DNA of 64,000 nt from Macrostomum lignano (GCA_002269645.1 NIVC01000606.1:372001-436000); one strand, 5' to 3'; numbered from the stretch's first letter, positions 12,601 to 27,400 are shown. The notes: a model not told the origin generated them from the sequence alone. Made by a program: numbers and translations.

Positions 12601-15600
12601 TTCAAGCCACTCCTAACAGCCGTTTTTATAGCATAATTTCATATTGAAAATACAAACCTTGGCTGGCCCTGCGAGAGCCGCCAGGGCGAACGGGCTGCTC
12701 ACCATCGCGGCGAATTTCTTTCAACCAACCAGCTGTAAAGTTTTTTTTAATTGCAGATGAAGCGTAAAATCATATAAAATAAACGATTTGCTTCTGAAAA
12801 GGACTTATTATGATGCGAGAAAAATTAAATTTCTGCTTTGTTTAACTAAGCGTCTAGTGAAAGACCTTGAATATTTAGATGCTTGATTGTCGCGTGATAC
12901 TTAATAAAGCACACTAGATAACGGACTGATATGATGACCTTGAATATTTGGACACGCGATTGTCGCGTGATACTCAAATAATGCACACTAGATAACGGAC
13001 TGATATGATGACCTTGAATATTTGGACACGCGATTGTCGCGTGATACTCAAATAATGCACACTAGATAACGGACTGATATGATGACCTTGAATATTTGGA
13101 CACGCGATTGTCACGTGATACTCAAATAATACACACTATATAACGGACTGATATGATGCCCTTGAATATTTGGACACGCGATTGTCGCGTGATACTCAAA
13201 AAGCACACTAGATAAAGGACTCTTTGGTGACCTGAAATACTTGGACGCGCGAGTATCGTTTGAGCTGCAAACAAAGGACACCATATAGATATGGGACTAG
13301 GCGTGGTAGCCAATAAACTAGCAGTTTACTACACCCACATGTGAGGCGTGAGATGCAAATAAATAAATTTCCTATCTGATAAGTTTAACAAGCGTAGAGT
13401 TGGGCAAAGCGTTAAAATTTTTAAACAGTATTATTAGGCACAGGAAGCATTCATATAGGTCACAAAAATTATACAGATTCTGCGTTAGAGCTATCAGATA
13501 AAAGTGACTCAAGGGGTGCACAGATGATTAAAAAACAATTAATGTACTAAATACCGTAATTAGTATTTAGTACATCTCTTGACCTCATTTTGAGAAGTTA
13601 CTCTTAACCGCGGTTGTGTTGGAAGTTAGAAAAAACCGATGAAAACATAGGGAGGAAGCAAATAAACTGAGGGATGCGATGCGGATATGGATATAGGTAA
13701 GAAAAGCCAAGTGTTCAACTCTTGCACTTCAAAGAAGCGACCTGTGAAATTTACTTTCGACTGAAAAATGAGAAGTCATCCAATTGGGAGGTTTGATTTA
13801 ATTCAGGAGCATTTTTAATGCAGTATTTGCCGTCAAAGATCAAGATATATAGAGTCTGGAGTGGAAACCAATGCCTAACTCAATGAAGTTCTAAAATTAA
13901 GAGTCTGGAGTGGAAGCTTAGTAATTTTATAGCATGCAATTCTGTCTAGGGAGATAAAGAGTCATGGAGAAATGTAACAGAAATAGATTTAAACTTGAAA
14001 GACGATTAACTGCTACTAGTGGTAGTAGTGCGGGGGCATTCTTCACAAAATATCAACAACTAATTGCTTGTAAAATATCAATGAGCTACAATAGCAGAAA
14101 ACAAAACTGAAAATAAATTATAGTAATTGACAAGACCAATACTAGCAAACAAGCGCTTACTGAATGTAGACATGAAGCTCGAAGAGTCCCAGTCTCTCGC
14201 CTGCTTTTCGTCAGAGCTGGAATCCGATCTCTGGAACAGTGAAAGGCGATGAAGATGGTGAAGCTGTGATTCCCCTGCCCAGTTTACTGAAGCTGTGATT
14301 CCCCTCCCCAGTTTACTGAAGCTGTGATTCCCCTCCCCAGTTTACTGAAGCTATGATTCCCCTCCCCAGTTTACTGAAGCTGTGATTCCCCTCCCCAGTT
14401 TACTGAAGCTGTGATTCCCCTCCCCAGTTTACTGAAGCTGTGATTCCCCTCCCCAGTTTACTGAAGCTGTGATTCCCCTCCCCAGTTTACTGAAGCTGTG
14501 ATTCCCCTCCCCAGTTTACTGAAGCTGTGATTCCCCTCCCCAGTTTACTACCCGCCCCGATGAGGCTCAGGCCTTCTTCGAGCAACTCTCGGTGCGGGTG
14601 GAGGAGATGGCGCAACGTGACACAGTGGTCATTCTCGGAGACCTGAACGCAGTTCTGCGTAGGTCCGAGCGATCGCTGTTCGTGACAGCGCGCGAGAACG
14701 GCAACACCGGAGCGCTAGAGGACTTCCTGGAGAGACAGGACATGGTGTCGGCCAACACAAGATTCCGCAAGTCACCGGGCAGGCTCGCGACCTTCGTGGG
14801 CTGCAAGCGGAGGCGGCGGAACGCGCGCGGCCGGAACGCTACACGGAGGCTGGCACAGCTCGACCACGTGCTTGTGCGCTTTCGTGAGCGCCGCCGCGTC
14901 ACTAACTGCCGCACCATTACGCCGCTGGCTCTGCGGTCCGACCATCGGCTGCTCATCTGCGACCTTCGGCTTCGGGACCCGCTCTACCGTCCGCCAAAGC
15001 GGCCACCGCGGCGCTACTACCGCGCGCTTAGGGACGCCGAGACGCGACGTCGCTTTGCCGGTGCCTTTGTCACTGCGCTGGGCGACAAGCGTGGAGGAGC
15101 CGAGTACGCGGAGGTGAGCGCTGCAGTTCGAGCCGCTGCGGAGCAAGCAGTCCCGCTGATGCGACCGGCCCAGCGCGGGCAGCCGGTCTGGCAGGACGAC
15201 CCCGCGATCGACGAAGCGAGGGAAGATCTGGAGAGGCTCCGTCTGAGTGGGCGGCAAACTTGCGAGGCGGAGGAGGCTCTGGCGGCTGTCTACCTGCAGC
15301 GGCAGCAGTCCGCTGTCGATGACGCCATCCAAGCCGTCTCTGCCGCAGGGCCCGATGCCAGAGGGCGCGTGGCCTGGTCCGTCATCAACACTCTAACGGG
15401 GCGAAAGCGGCGCATCGCGCTCAACCTGGCAGGCGACACTCCGGATGGGCGCAGGAACGAGCTGCGCGAGTTCTTCGCCGCCATTGTCAACGCGCCGCCC
15501 CCTCCGCTTCCAGAAAATCTGAGGCTGCCGCCGGAGACACCGTTGCCAGTGGAGGAGAGCTTCAACGTTGCCCCAGTCAGCACAGCCGACGTTGTGAAGT

Positions 15601-18600
15601 TCGCTCGGCAGTCGCCGGGCGGCAAAGCGCTTGGTCCGGACGAGGTGCCCACCGAGGCGCTGCGGATCCGAGGTGGCGCCAAACGAATGGACCACGGCGC
15701 ACATCGTCGCCATTTAAAAGAAGCCGGGCACCACCAAGCTCGAGGAGCATCGAGGCATCTGCCTACAGTCCTGCGCCGCGAAGCTGTTCAACCGCATGCT
15801 GCTATCGCGGTTACAGCCTGTGCTGGACCCGTACCTGCGGCCTGAGCAGAACGGTTTCCGGCCCCATCGCGGCACAGTGACGCAGATCCTGGCTCTTCGG
15901 CGAGTCATCGAGGAGGCGCGCATCCGCCAGTTGACCCTGATCCTAATCTTCGTCGATTTCAGGAAGGCCTTCGACTCGGTCGTGAGGGACGCGCTCCCAG
16001 AGGTGCTCCGTGCGTACAACGTGCCAGAGCTGCTGATTTCTGCTGTCATGGCGCTGTACCACGGCACGACGGCTGCTGTCTCAACACCGGACGGCCTATC
16101 GGATTTCTTCGAGACATCCTCCGGGGTGCTCCAGGGAGATACGCTAGCGCCGTTCCTATTTATTCTGGTGCTTGACTGGGTGCTACGGACTGCTCTGCCT
16201 TCCAACGACGACGGCTTCCTGCTGCGGCGACGCGTGGGTCGACGCCAACCGGAGAGACGGTTCAGCGTGCTTGGCTACGCCGATGACCTCGCCCTGCTGT
16301 CCTCGACCGTCGAGGGCGCCCAACGACAGCTGGATAGGCTGGTTGCCGTTGCGGCGAGCGTCGGCCTGGTGGTCAACACGCAGAAGACCGTCGTGCTATG
16401 CGTGCCGGACGACACCGAGGCTGCAATCTTCTGCCGAGGCGCTGACGGACAGGCGAGTGAGCTTCCAAGATGTCAGCAGTTCGTCTACCTCGGCGGTCTG
16501 GTTCCCGACGTCCGCGAGGATCTGCGGCGTCGCCGAGGACTTGCCTGGGCTGCCTTTCGTTCTATAAGGTCAGTCCTGCAGTCCGAGGCCCTACCGGACC
16601 GCCAGAGGGCGGCGCTGTTCCAGGCGGTGATCGAGACCGTCCTGTTATACAACGCCGAGACCTGGACGCTGATAGACTCGCTCGAGGCTCAAGTCGACGC
16701 GGCGCACGCTGGCCTGCTGCGCGCCGCCTTCAAGATCGGCAACGAGCGAGTCACCAACACGGCGCTCTATCATCGCGCCGGCCTGGCCCGTCCTAGCGAT
16801 CTGCTGCGCCGTCGGCGACTCCAGCTGGCAGGCCACGTCATCCGCGCCGAGGCCTACTGTCCGGAGCCGGTGCAGGAGGTGCTGCTACTTACGTTGCAGG
16901 CACCCTACCGGCGGGGACAGGCGAGGACTCGGCGCTACGTCGACTGTCTGCTGGCTGACGCCGGCGCCCCGGACTCTGCCGGCGGTGCGGCCTTTGTTCG
17001 CGCCCAAGCTTCGAAGCGAGCCATCTGACGCTGCTTTTGCGAACTGACAGCGTACTCTGTTGTCTGTTGTTATAGTTTACTGAAGCTGTAATTCCCACCC
17101 CCAGTTTACTGAAGCTGTAATTCCCCCTCTCCAGTTTACTGAAGCTGTAATTCCCCCTCCCCAGTTTACTGAAGCTGTAATTCCCCCTCCCCAGTTTACT
17201 GAAGCTGTAATTCCCCCTCCCCAGTTTACTGAAGCTGTAATTCCCCCTCCCCAGTTTACTGAAGCTGTAATTCCCCCTCCCCAGTTTACTGAAGTTGTAA
17301 TTCCCACCCCCAGTTTACTGAAGCTGTAATTCCCCCTCTCCAGTTTACTGAAGCTGTAATTCCCCCTCCCCAGTTTACTGAAGCTGTAATTCCCCCTCCC
17401 CAGTTTACTGAAGCTGTGATTCCCCCTCCCCAGTTTACTGAAGCTGTAATTCCCCCTCCCCAGTTTACTGAAGCTGTAATTCCCCCTCCCCAGTACCGAG
17501 TCCAACAGCAAACTTGCCTTCCTAATGTCGCAGTAGTGCGTATAGGCGATCTCCAACAGCAGCATGGCGGAGGCCACCCCGCCGCCGCTTCCGTCACCCC
17601 CATCGCCGCCTCCGCCGGCGCAGTGCTGGGCGGTCAGGCCGGCAACGGCGGCTCGCAGCACGTCGAGCAGGCCGCGAAACACGGCCGGCCGGAGCGGCAC
17701 GTCGGCGAGGCGACCGGCGCCAACTTCGTCCGCGCCGACGGCAGGCGAGGTCGGGGCGGGCGGCCGCTGGTGCAGCAGCTGCAATAAGAAGGCGCGGCAG
17801 CGCTCCTGGGCCATCAGACTGTTCAACCGCATCGACCGGGTGATGAAGCCGACGCCTTGGCCGGCGAGCACGCTGGAGGCGATTTCCCGAAGGAATCGCT
17901 GCTCCTCGTCCAGGCCGGCGCCCGTCACCGTGGGCGGCTGGCGACCCCGATGCCTGACCGTCTGCTGGGCTGCAGGGCAACAAGGGGCAATGTGACCTCG
18001 ACTCGCCAATGATGGCATCGGACAGATGCAATGACACAAATGAAAATGCATGTCAGATCCAAATTGTGTCAGAGCCAATGAAAATCGTGTCAGAGCCAAT
18101 GAAAATTATGTCAGACCCAATGAAACTGTGTCATACTCAATGAAACTGTGTCATACTCAATAAAACTGTGTGATACTCAATGAAACTGTGTCAAACTCAA
18201 TGAAACTGTGTCATACTGAATGAAACAGTGTCATACTCAATGAAACTGTGTCATACTCAATGAAACTGTGTCATACTCAATGAAACTGTGCCAAACTCAA
18301 TGAAACTGTGTCATACTCAATGAAACTGTGTCAAACTCAATGAAACTGTGTCATACTCAATGAAACTGTGTCATACTCAATGAAACTGTGTCAAACTCAA
18401 TGAAACTGTGTCAAACTCAATGAAACTGTGTCATACTCAATGAAACTGTGTCAAACTCAATGAAACTGTGTCAGACCCACAATGAAACTATGTCAGACCC
18501 AATTAAACTGTGTCAGACCCACAATGAAACTGTGTCATACTCAATGAAACTGTGTCATACTCAATGAAACTGTGTCATACTCAATGAAACTGTGTCAAAC

Positions 18601-21600
18601 TCAATGAAACTGTGTCATACTGAATGAAACTGTGTCATACTCAATGAAACTGTGTCATACTCAATGAAACTGTGTCATACTCAATGAAACTGTGTCAAAC
18701 TCAATGAAACTGTGTCAGACCCACAATAAAAATTGTGTCATACCCACAATGAAACTGTGTCAGACCCACAATGAAACTGTGTCAGACCAAAGAAACTGTG
18801 TCAGACCCAATGAAACGGTGTCAGACCCAATGAAACTGTGTCAGACCTAATGAAACTGTGTCAGACCCACAATGAAACTGTGTCATACTCAATGAAACTG
18901 TGTCATACTCAATGAAACTGTGTCAAACTCAATGAAACTGTGTCAAACTCAATGAAACTGTGTCAAACTCAATGAAACTGTGTCAGACCCAATTAAACTG
19001 TGTCAGACCCACAATGAAACTATGTCAGACCCAATTAAACTGTGTCAGACTCACAATAAAAATTGTGTCAGACCCACAATGAAACTGTGTCAGACCGACA
19101 ATGAAACTGTGTCAGACCAAAGAAACTGTGTCAGACCCAATGAAACTGTGTCAGACCCAATGAAACTGTGTCAGACTCAATGAAACTGTGTCAGACCCAA
19201 TGAAACTGTGTCAGATTCAATGAAACTGTGTCAGACCCACAATGAAACTGTGTCAGACCCACAATGAAACTGTGTCAGACCAAAGAAACTGTGTCAGACC
19301 CAATGAAACGGTGTCAGACCAATGAAACTGTGTCAGACCCAATGAAACTGTGTCAGACCTAATGAAACTGTGTCAGACCGACAATGAAACTGTGTCAGAC
19401 CCACAATGAAACTGTGTCAGACCCAATGAAACTGTGTCAGACCTAATGAAACTGTGTCAGACCTAATGAAACTGTGTCAGACCTAATGAAACTGTGTCAG
19501 ACTCAATGAAACTGTGTCAGACCTAATGAAACTGTGTCATACTCAATGAAACTGTGTCAGACCCAATGAAAACTGTGTCAGACCCAATGAAACTGTGTCA
19601 GACCCAATGAAACTGTGTCAGATTCAATGAAACTGTGTCAGACCCACAATGAAACTGTGTCAGACCCACAATGAAACTGTGTCAGACCCAATGAAACTGT
19701 GTCATACTCAATGAAACTGTGTCAAACTCAATGAAACTGTGTCATACTGAATGAAACTGTGTCATACTCAATGAAACTGTGTCATACTCAATGAAACTGT
19801 GTCATACTCAATGAAACTGTGTCAAACTCAATGAAACTGTGTCAGACCCACAATAAAAATTGTGTCATACCCACAATGAAACTGTGTCAGACCCACAATG
19901 AAACTGTGTCAGACCAAAGAAACTGTGTCAGACCCAATGAAACGGTGTCAGACCCAATGAAACTGTGTCAGACCTAATGAAACTGTGTCAGACCCACAAT
20001 GAAACTGTGTCATACTCAATGAAACTGTGTCATACTCAATGAAACTGTGTCAAACTCAATGAAACTGTGTCAAACTCAATGAAACTGTGTCAAACTCAAT
20101 GAAACTGTGTCAGACCCAATTAAACTGTGTCAGACCCACAATGAAACTATGTCAGACCCAATTAAACTGTGTCAGACTCACAATAAAAATTGTGTCAGAC
20201 CCACAATGAAACTGTGTCAGACCGACAATGAAACTGTGTCAGACCAAAGAAACTGTGTCAGACCCAATGAAACGGTGTCAGACCCAATGAAACTGTGTCA
20301 GACCCAATGAAACTGTGTCAGACCCAATGAAACTGTGTCAGACTCAATGAAACTGTGTCAGACCCAATGAAACTGTGTCAGATTCAATGAAACTGTGTCA
20401 GACCCACAATGAAACTGTGTCAGACCCACAATGAAACTGTGTCAGACCAAAGAAACTGTGTCAGACCCAATGAAACGGTGTCAGACCCAATGAAACTGTG
20501 TCAGACCCAATGAAACTGTGTCAGACCTAATGAAACTGTGTCAGACCGACAATGAAACTGTGTCAGACCCACAATGAAACTGTGTCAGACCCAATGAAAC
20601 TGTGTCAGACCTAATGAAACTGTGTCAGACCTAATGAAACTGTGTCAGACCTAATGAAACTGTGTCAGACTCAATGAAACTGTGTCAGACCTAATGAAAC
20701 TGTGTCATACTCAATGAAACTGTGTCAGACCCAATGAAAACTGTGTCAGACCCAATGAAACTGTGTCAGACCCAATGAAACTGTGTCAGATTCAATGAAA
20801 CTGTGTCAGACCCACAATGAAACTGTGTCAGACCCACAATGAAACTGTGTCAGACCCAATGAAACTGTGTCATACTCAATGAAACTGTGTCAAACTCAAT
20901 GAAACTGTGTCATACTGAATGAAACTGTGTCATACTCAATGAAACTGTGTCATACTCAATGAAACTGTGTCATACTCAATGAAACTGTGTCAAACCCAAT
21001 GAAACTGTGTCAGACCCACAATAAAAATTGTGTCATACCCACAATGAAACTGTGTCAGACCCACAATGAAACTGTGTCAGACCAAAGAAACTGTGTCAGA
21101 CCCAATGAAACGGTGTCAGACCCAATGAAACTGTGTCAGACCCAATGAAACTGTGTCAGACCCACAATGAAACTGTGTCATACTCAATGAAACTGTGTCA
21201 TACTCAATGAAACTGTGTCAAACTCAATGAAACTGTGTCAAACTCAATGAAACTGTGTCAGACCCAATTAAACTGTGTCAGACCCACAATGAAACTATGT
21301 CAGACCCAATTAAACTGTGTCAGACTCACAATAAAAATTGTGTCAGACCCACAATGAAACTGTGTCAGACCGACAATGAAACTGTGTCAGACCAAAGAAA
21401 CTGTGTCAGACCCAATGAAACGGTGTCAGACCCAATGAAACTGTGTCAGACCCAATGAAACTGTGTCAGACCCAATGAAACTGTGTCAGACTCAATGAAA
21501 CTGTGTCAGACCCAATGAAACTGTGTCAGATTCAATGAAACTGTGTCAGACCCACAATGAAACTGTGTCAGACCCACAATGAAACTGTGTCAGACCCACA

Positions 21601-22662
21601 ATGAAACTGTGTCAGACCAAAGAAACTGTGTCAGACCCAATGAAACGGTGTCAGACCCAATGAAACTGTGTCAGACCCAATGAAACTGTGTCAGACCTAA
21701 TGAAACTGCGTCAGACCCACAATGAAACTGTGTCAGACCCACAATGAAACTGTGTCAGACCCAATGAAACTGTGTCAGACCTAATGAAACTGTGTCAGAC
21801 CTAATGAAACTGTGTCAGACCTAATGAAACTGTGTCAGACTCAATGAAACTGTGTCAGACCTAATGAAACTGTGTCAGACCCAATGAAACGGTGTCAGAC
21901 CCAATGAAACTGTGTCAGACCCAATGAAACTGTGTCAGACCTAATGAAACTGCGTCAGACCCACAATGAAACTGTGTCAGACCCACAATGAAACTGTGTC
22001 AGACCCAATGAAACTGTGTCAGACCTAATGAAACTGTGTCAGACCTAATGAAACTGTGTCAGACCTAATGAAACTGTGTCAGACTCAATGAAACTGTGTC
22101 AGACCTAATGAAACTGTGTCATACTCAATGAAACTGTGTCAGACCCAATGAAACTGTGTCAGACCTAATGAAACTGTGTCAGACCTAATGAAACTGTGTC
22201 AGACCTAATGAAACTGTGTCAGACTCAATGAAACTGTGTCAGACCTAATGAAACTGTGTCAGACCCAATGAAACTGTGTCAGATTCAATGAAACTGTGTC
22301 AGACCCAATGAAAACTGTGTCAGACTCAATGAAACTGTGTCAGACTCAATGAAACTGTGTCAGACCCAATGAAAACTGTGTCAGACCCAATGAAACTGTG
22401 TCAGACCCAATGAAACTGTGTCAGACCCAATGAAACTGTGTCAGACTCAATGCAACTGTGTCAGACCCAATGAAAACTGTGTCAGACTCAATGAAACTGT
22501 GTCAGACTCAATGAAAACTGTGTCGCAACCAACAGAAGCATGACAGGTCTAGTTCGTCAGTCAGAATAAATGTGTCAGGCTCACCCAGCACTTCGCCAAA
22601 TCTCGTTCCCGCCCGCCTTCCAATGCTATCGCCGATGCCGGAGAAGAAGCCGCCGCCTCCGC

Positions 22663-22695
<33 letters not shown>

Positions 22696-24461
22696 CGCTG
22701 CCGCCGCCGCCAACGCCCAGGCTGGAATCGTCGTGACTGTAGCGAGTCTGGGAGCGCAGGTTGCTCAAATCGGAGGTGCTGGAGTAGCGGACGCTGCCGG
22801 ACCGGCTGAACGGCGTCGGAGCAACGGAGCTCGGTCGGCTCAGGACGCTGTCAGCGACGGAGGCCGCTGAGGAGGGTGGAGGGCCGCCACCTGTCGCCGA
22901 CCGGAGCGATCTGGGCGGGCAAAATGTTGGTTGCGTAATGAATTTTTTTATAATTACTGTTATTAAATACTAACAGTGTTTGTATTTTTACCTGGCTGTC
23001 AGGGTGGACATTGAATGCGAGAGATGGCTGCTGGAGAGCTGAAATTATTATTAAAGCGTGCAGGGATTCAGTTTTGAGTAAATAATGACACTGTCTTTCA
23101 CCCGACGGAAAATCCGTGGAAATTCCGCGAACTACCAATAAAGTCTGTCTCATTCTCTCCGGAATTTTTCTGGGTGACTGCTTAACCAAGGACTACTGTA
23201 GTACAACAGAACGTTAGACTCAAAGATTTGGTAATTTTTTGAAGGCCTATTTCCTAGAATACATTGAATATGCATTGAAATTCAATTATGTAACTACAAT
23301 AATTGTTCAAGAATACCTGCGTGCAACATTTTTTATTACAAATAAACTTGATTCAAGAAAGAACAAAAAAGTCTAGCTTTGTATCTACAAGTTTGGGTAT
23401 ATGAAATAAAAAGAAAATAATATTTTCCTGTTCATCCTGTTAGGGGGTTCGATTCTCGACCCACTGGAACAATTTGTGTCCTTGAGCAAGACACTTAACT
23501 CTGCATTGCTTCAGTTCACCCAGCTGTAAAATGGGTGCCAGCATTAGCTGGGGAAATTGAGGGTGTGTGTGGTGACCCCCCAGTCCTTGGACTGAACAGC
23601 CGTACGCAGCCTTCAGACGCACCGCGCAATAGCTGCGGCTGAGCTGTCGGTTGCACTTCTGGCCCAATTGGGGCAGGTGTGATCAATTATTATTATTATG
23701 CTATACTACAGTGGTCCTTGTGCTCAATCTGGGATGGCTGACTGCTCAATTCGGGATGGGAGACTGCTCAATCTGGGATGGGAGACTGCTCAATCTGGGA
23801 TGGGAGACTGCTCAATCTGGGATGGGAGACTGCTCAATCTGGGATGGGAGACTGCTCAATCTGGGATGGGAGACTGCTCAATCTGGGATGGGAAACTGCT
23901 CAATCTGGGATGGGAGACTGCTCAATCACGGATGGGAGACTGCTCAATCACGGATGGGAGACTGCTCAATCTGGGATGGGAGACTGCTCAATCTGGGATG
24001 GGAGACTGCTCAATCTGGGATGGGAGACTGCTCAATTCGGGATGGGAGACTGCTCAATCTGGGATGGGAGACTGCTCAATTCGGGATGGGAGACTGCTCA
24101 ATCTGGGATGGGAGACTGCTCAATTCGGGATGGGAGACTGCTCAATCTGGGATGGGAGACTGCTCAATCTGGGATGGGAGACTGCTCAATTCGGGATGGG
24201 AGACTGCTCAATCTGGGATGGGAGACTGCTCAATTCGGGATGGGAGACTGCTCAATCTGGGATGGGAGACTGCTCAATCTGGGATGGGAGACTGCTCAAT
24301 CTGGGATGGGAGACTGCTCAATCTGGGATGCATGTCAGCTCAATCTGGAGATCTTTGCTATCTGGGATATGCTTCGGCATATGGTAAAGTTCCCTTACGC
24401 AGTCTCCGAGCCCTTCATCCAACTCGTCATCTTCTGCATCTTCGCTCAACTCGCTGGAGGA

Positions 24462-24499
<38 letters not shown>

Positions 24500-27400
24500 T
24501 CCGGCCGTCCTCCTGTTCGTCGTCTCCGGCTGCGTCAATTTCGTCGCCGAACTCGTCGGTCGCCGGTTTGGTCGAAAATTTCGGCGGGCGAAACGCCGCA
24601 GCGAATTCGGCCGGGCCGAGGGCCGCAGGGGCGACGCTGTTATTACTGCTGGGCAGGTTGGCGCCGGTTGCCATGGTAACCAGCTCCTGCGGGGACACGG
24701 CCTCTGGCCAGACAGGCCGAAACTCGGCGCCAAGGAACAGCTGGGAGGGCTGGCAGCAGTCGTGACAGACGCGGCTCAAATCGCAGCTGAACCACTTGGC
24801 CTTGTCGCCAACAGCTGCTGGGTCGCGCAGGCCGCTGCTGATTCTCTCATAGGCGAGATTGTCAGGCGTCTGGCACCACTCGGCCAGGTATTCAACGGCC
24901 TGGGTGCGGGCAAGAGCGTCCGTGAAGGCGCCGACCGCTCGACGCGGCCGGGAGCGCAGGAAGGCGCGGTATTGGAAGGCCACAACAGGTCTGGGGCGGG
25001 CGCGAAGGCAGCGGCTGTGTTCGGCAGCGTTGCCTGGATAATCGGAAATAAAATAAATAGTTCAGCATGTCTTTTTATTCACTACAGAACAGTAGTTAGA
25101 GCCTTACAGCTTCAGTCGCCAAACAAATATACCCTAAAAGAGCACTTAACCTCTGAACTTCTGAAGCGTGCACTGAAAGAGGCATGGTTAGTTAACACTG
25201 AAGCATGCTTTGACCCTGAAGCATGCTGTGACCTTGAAACATGCCATGATCTTGAAGCATGCTATGACCTTGAAGCATGCCGTGATATTGAAGCATGCTG
25301 TGACCTTGAAGCATGCCGTGATATTGAAGCATGCTGTGACCTTGAAGCATGCCGTGATATTGAAGCATGCTGTGACCTTGAAGCATGTCGTGACCTTGAA
25401 GCATGTCGTGATATTGAAGCATGCTATGATCTTGGAGCATGACGTGACCTTGAAGCATGCCGTGATATTGAAGCATGCTATGATCTTGGAGCATGACGTG
25501 ACCTTGAAGCATGTCGTGATATTGAAGCATGCTGTGACCTTGAAGCATGCCGTGATATTGAAGCATGCTGTGACCTTGAAGCATGCCGTGATATTGAAGC
25601 ATGCTGTGACCTTGAAGCATGTCGTGACCTTGAAGCATGTCGTGATATTGAAGCATACTAAAGGTATGTCTAAACCCCCCCCAACCCTAATCCTCACCAA
25701 GCAGCGCTGGCGACGCAAAAAACTGCGCCATAGCGACGCGAATACCAACATCAACGGAGTCAACGTCGTTGCCGAACACCAGCTGGTGACGCATCGACGA
25801 TGGCGGAGGCGGCGGCGGGAGCTGCGACTGACCGGACGAAGTGGCCACCAGGGAGTCCAGGTTGGCGATAGGCCGTGACTGGCTCTCCCGCATGCTGGTC
25901 AGGGCCTGATGAGGCGATTAGCGTTTGTTAATGTACATTTGTGCAAAATTATCTCTATAATGATTAACATGATAATTAGGTACCAAAACACCTGGCACTA
26001 GTTTGTCACACAATTACGTACTTATCATACGAGTAAGTGCACTGCTGGAGAGCCGTAAAGCAAAACGCTAGGATTAAAAATTCTGTAGCTAAGTGCAATC
26101 AACGGCCAAAATTGCACAGTGATAAGGATTAGGATTGAGATCAGAATCGGTATCAGGAAGGGATTCGAATAGGGATCAGGAAAGGGATTGGGATCAGGAA
26201 AGGGATTAGGATCAGGAAAGGGACTCGAATAGGGATCAGGATCGAGATTATACCAGGAAAGGGATTCTAATCGGGATTAGGATACGGATCAGGAAAGGGA
26301 TTATGATCAGGATCGGGATTAGGATAGGGATCAGGATTGGGATCCTGTCTTGACACAGGAGTTTGGATTCAAGGCAATCAATATTTTTACGAAGGAATGA
26401 AGCGAGGGAAATAGGAAGGAAAAAGGAAACAAATGCATATAAAAAGCATTTCACCTCAAATGGAAAGCATAAATACGCAAAAGGGTTAAAAAGCACTAAT
26501 TAGTTAGTAAACGTTTTTATTAATTATCAATATTTTACTCTATAATAAAAAATAAAAGAAAATCTTGTGCGTGCGCGTGTGTGTACACAGTGCATACTAC
26601 TCACGAGTAACACACGTAGCGAGTGATTTTTAAATCAAATAATAATAAATCGATAGAAACACACAGAGATAAGAGCATTCGCTGAGACTCACGTCCAGAT
26701 ACTGAAATTGGAGAGATATTGCGAGCCATGTATGCATAGCATGCTGCCATTTTTACTGCGATAATGACATGCATTTAAAAGATTGTGCTGTTAATTATGA
26801 GTAGCCAACCAAGCTATTTACCTGATTCAACTGCTTACATAGCAGTTTCTGCTCCTGTTCGGGCAAGCTGTCCAAATTGCACAGTTTTGACGCGCCGGAG
26901 TTCACCTGTAAGGAATGCCAACAAGTGCTAATCATACTACTGATAAGCAACACAAGTAGTATGCGCAGGAACTTTTTCTAGATTTTTTGAGATTCTAGCG
27001 CCAAAAATCGCAGGTGAGATGCTAGCGCCAACTAAAAATTGCAGGTGAGATTCTAGCGCCAATTAAGAATCACAAGTGAGATTCTAGCGCCAATTTAGCA
27101 CCGCAGGTGAGATTCTAGCGCCAATTAAGAATCACAAGTGAGATTCTAGCGCCAATTTAGCACCGCAGGTGAGATTCTAGCGCCATATTTGGCTTCTCAA
27201 GTGAAATTCTAGCGCCATATTTAGCTACTCAGGTGAGATTCTAGCGCCAATTTAGCGCCGCAGGTGAAATTCTAGCGCCATATTTAGCTTCTCAAGTGAA
27301 ATTCTAGCGCCATATTTAGCTACTCAGGTGATATTCTAGCGCCAATTTAGCACCGCAGGTGAGATTCTAGCGCCATATTTAGCTACTCAGGTGAAATTCT

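Noticed and set aside
18045-22520. CRISPR-like appearance of regular short repeats (also 55768-56158 and 12865-13260)
   Set aside because: No unique spacers, no cas genes, eukaryotic intronic context
23778-25442. 554-aa + strand ORF
   Set aside because: Minisatellite plus antisense shadow of a GC-rich MADD exon plus another minisatellite
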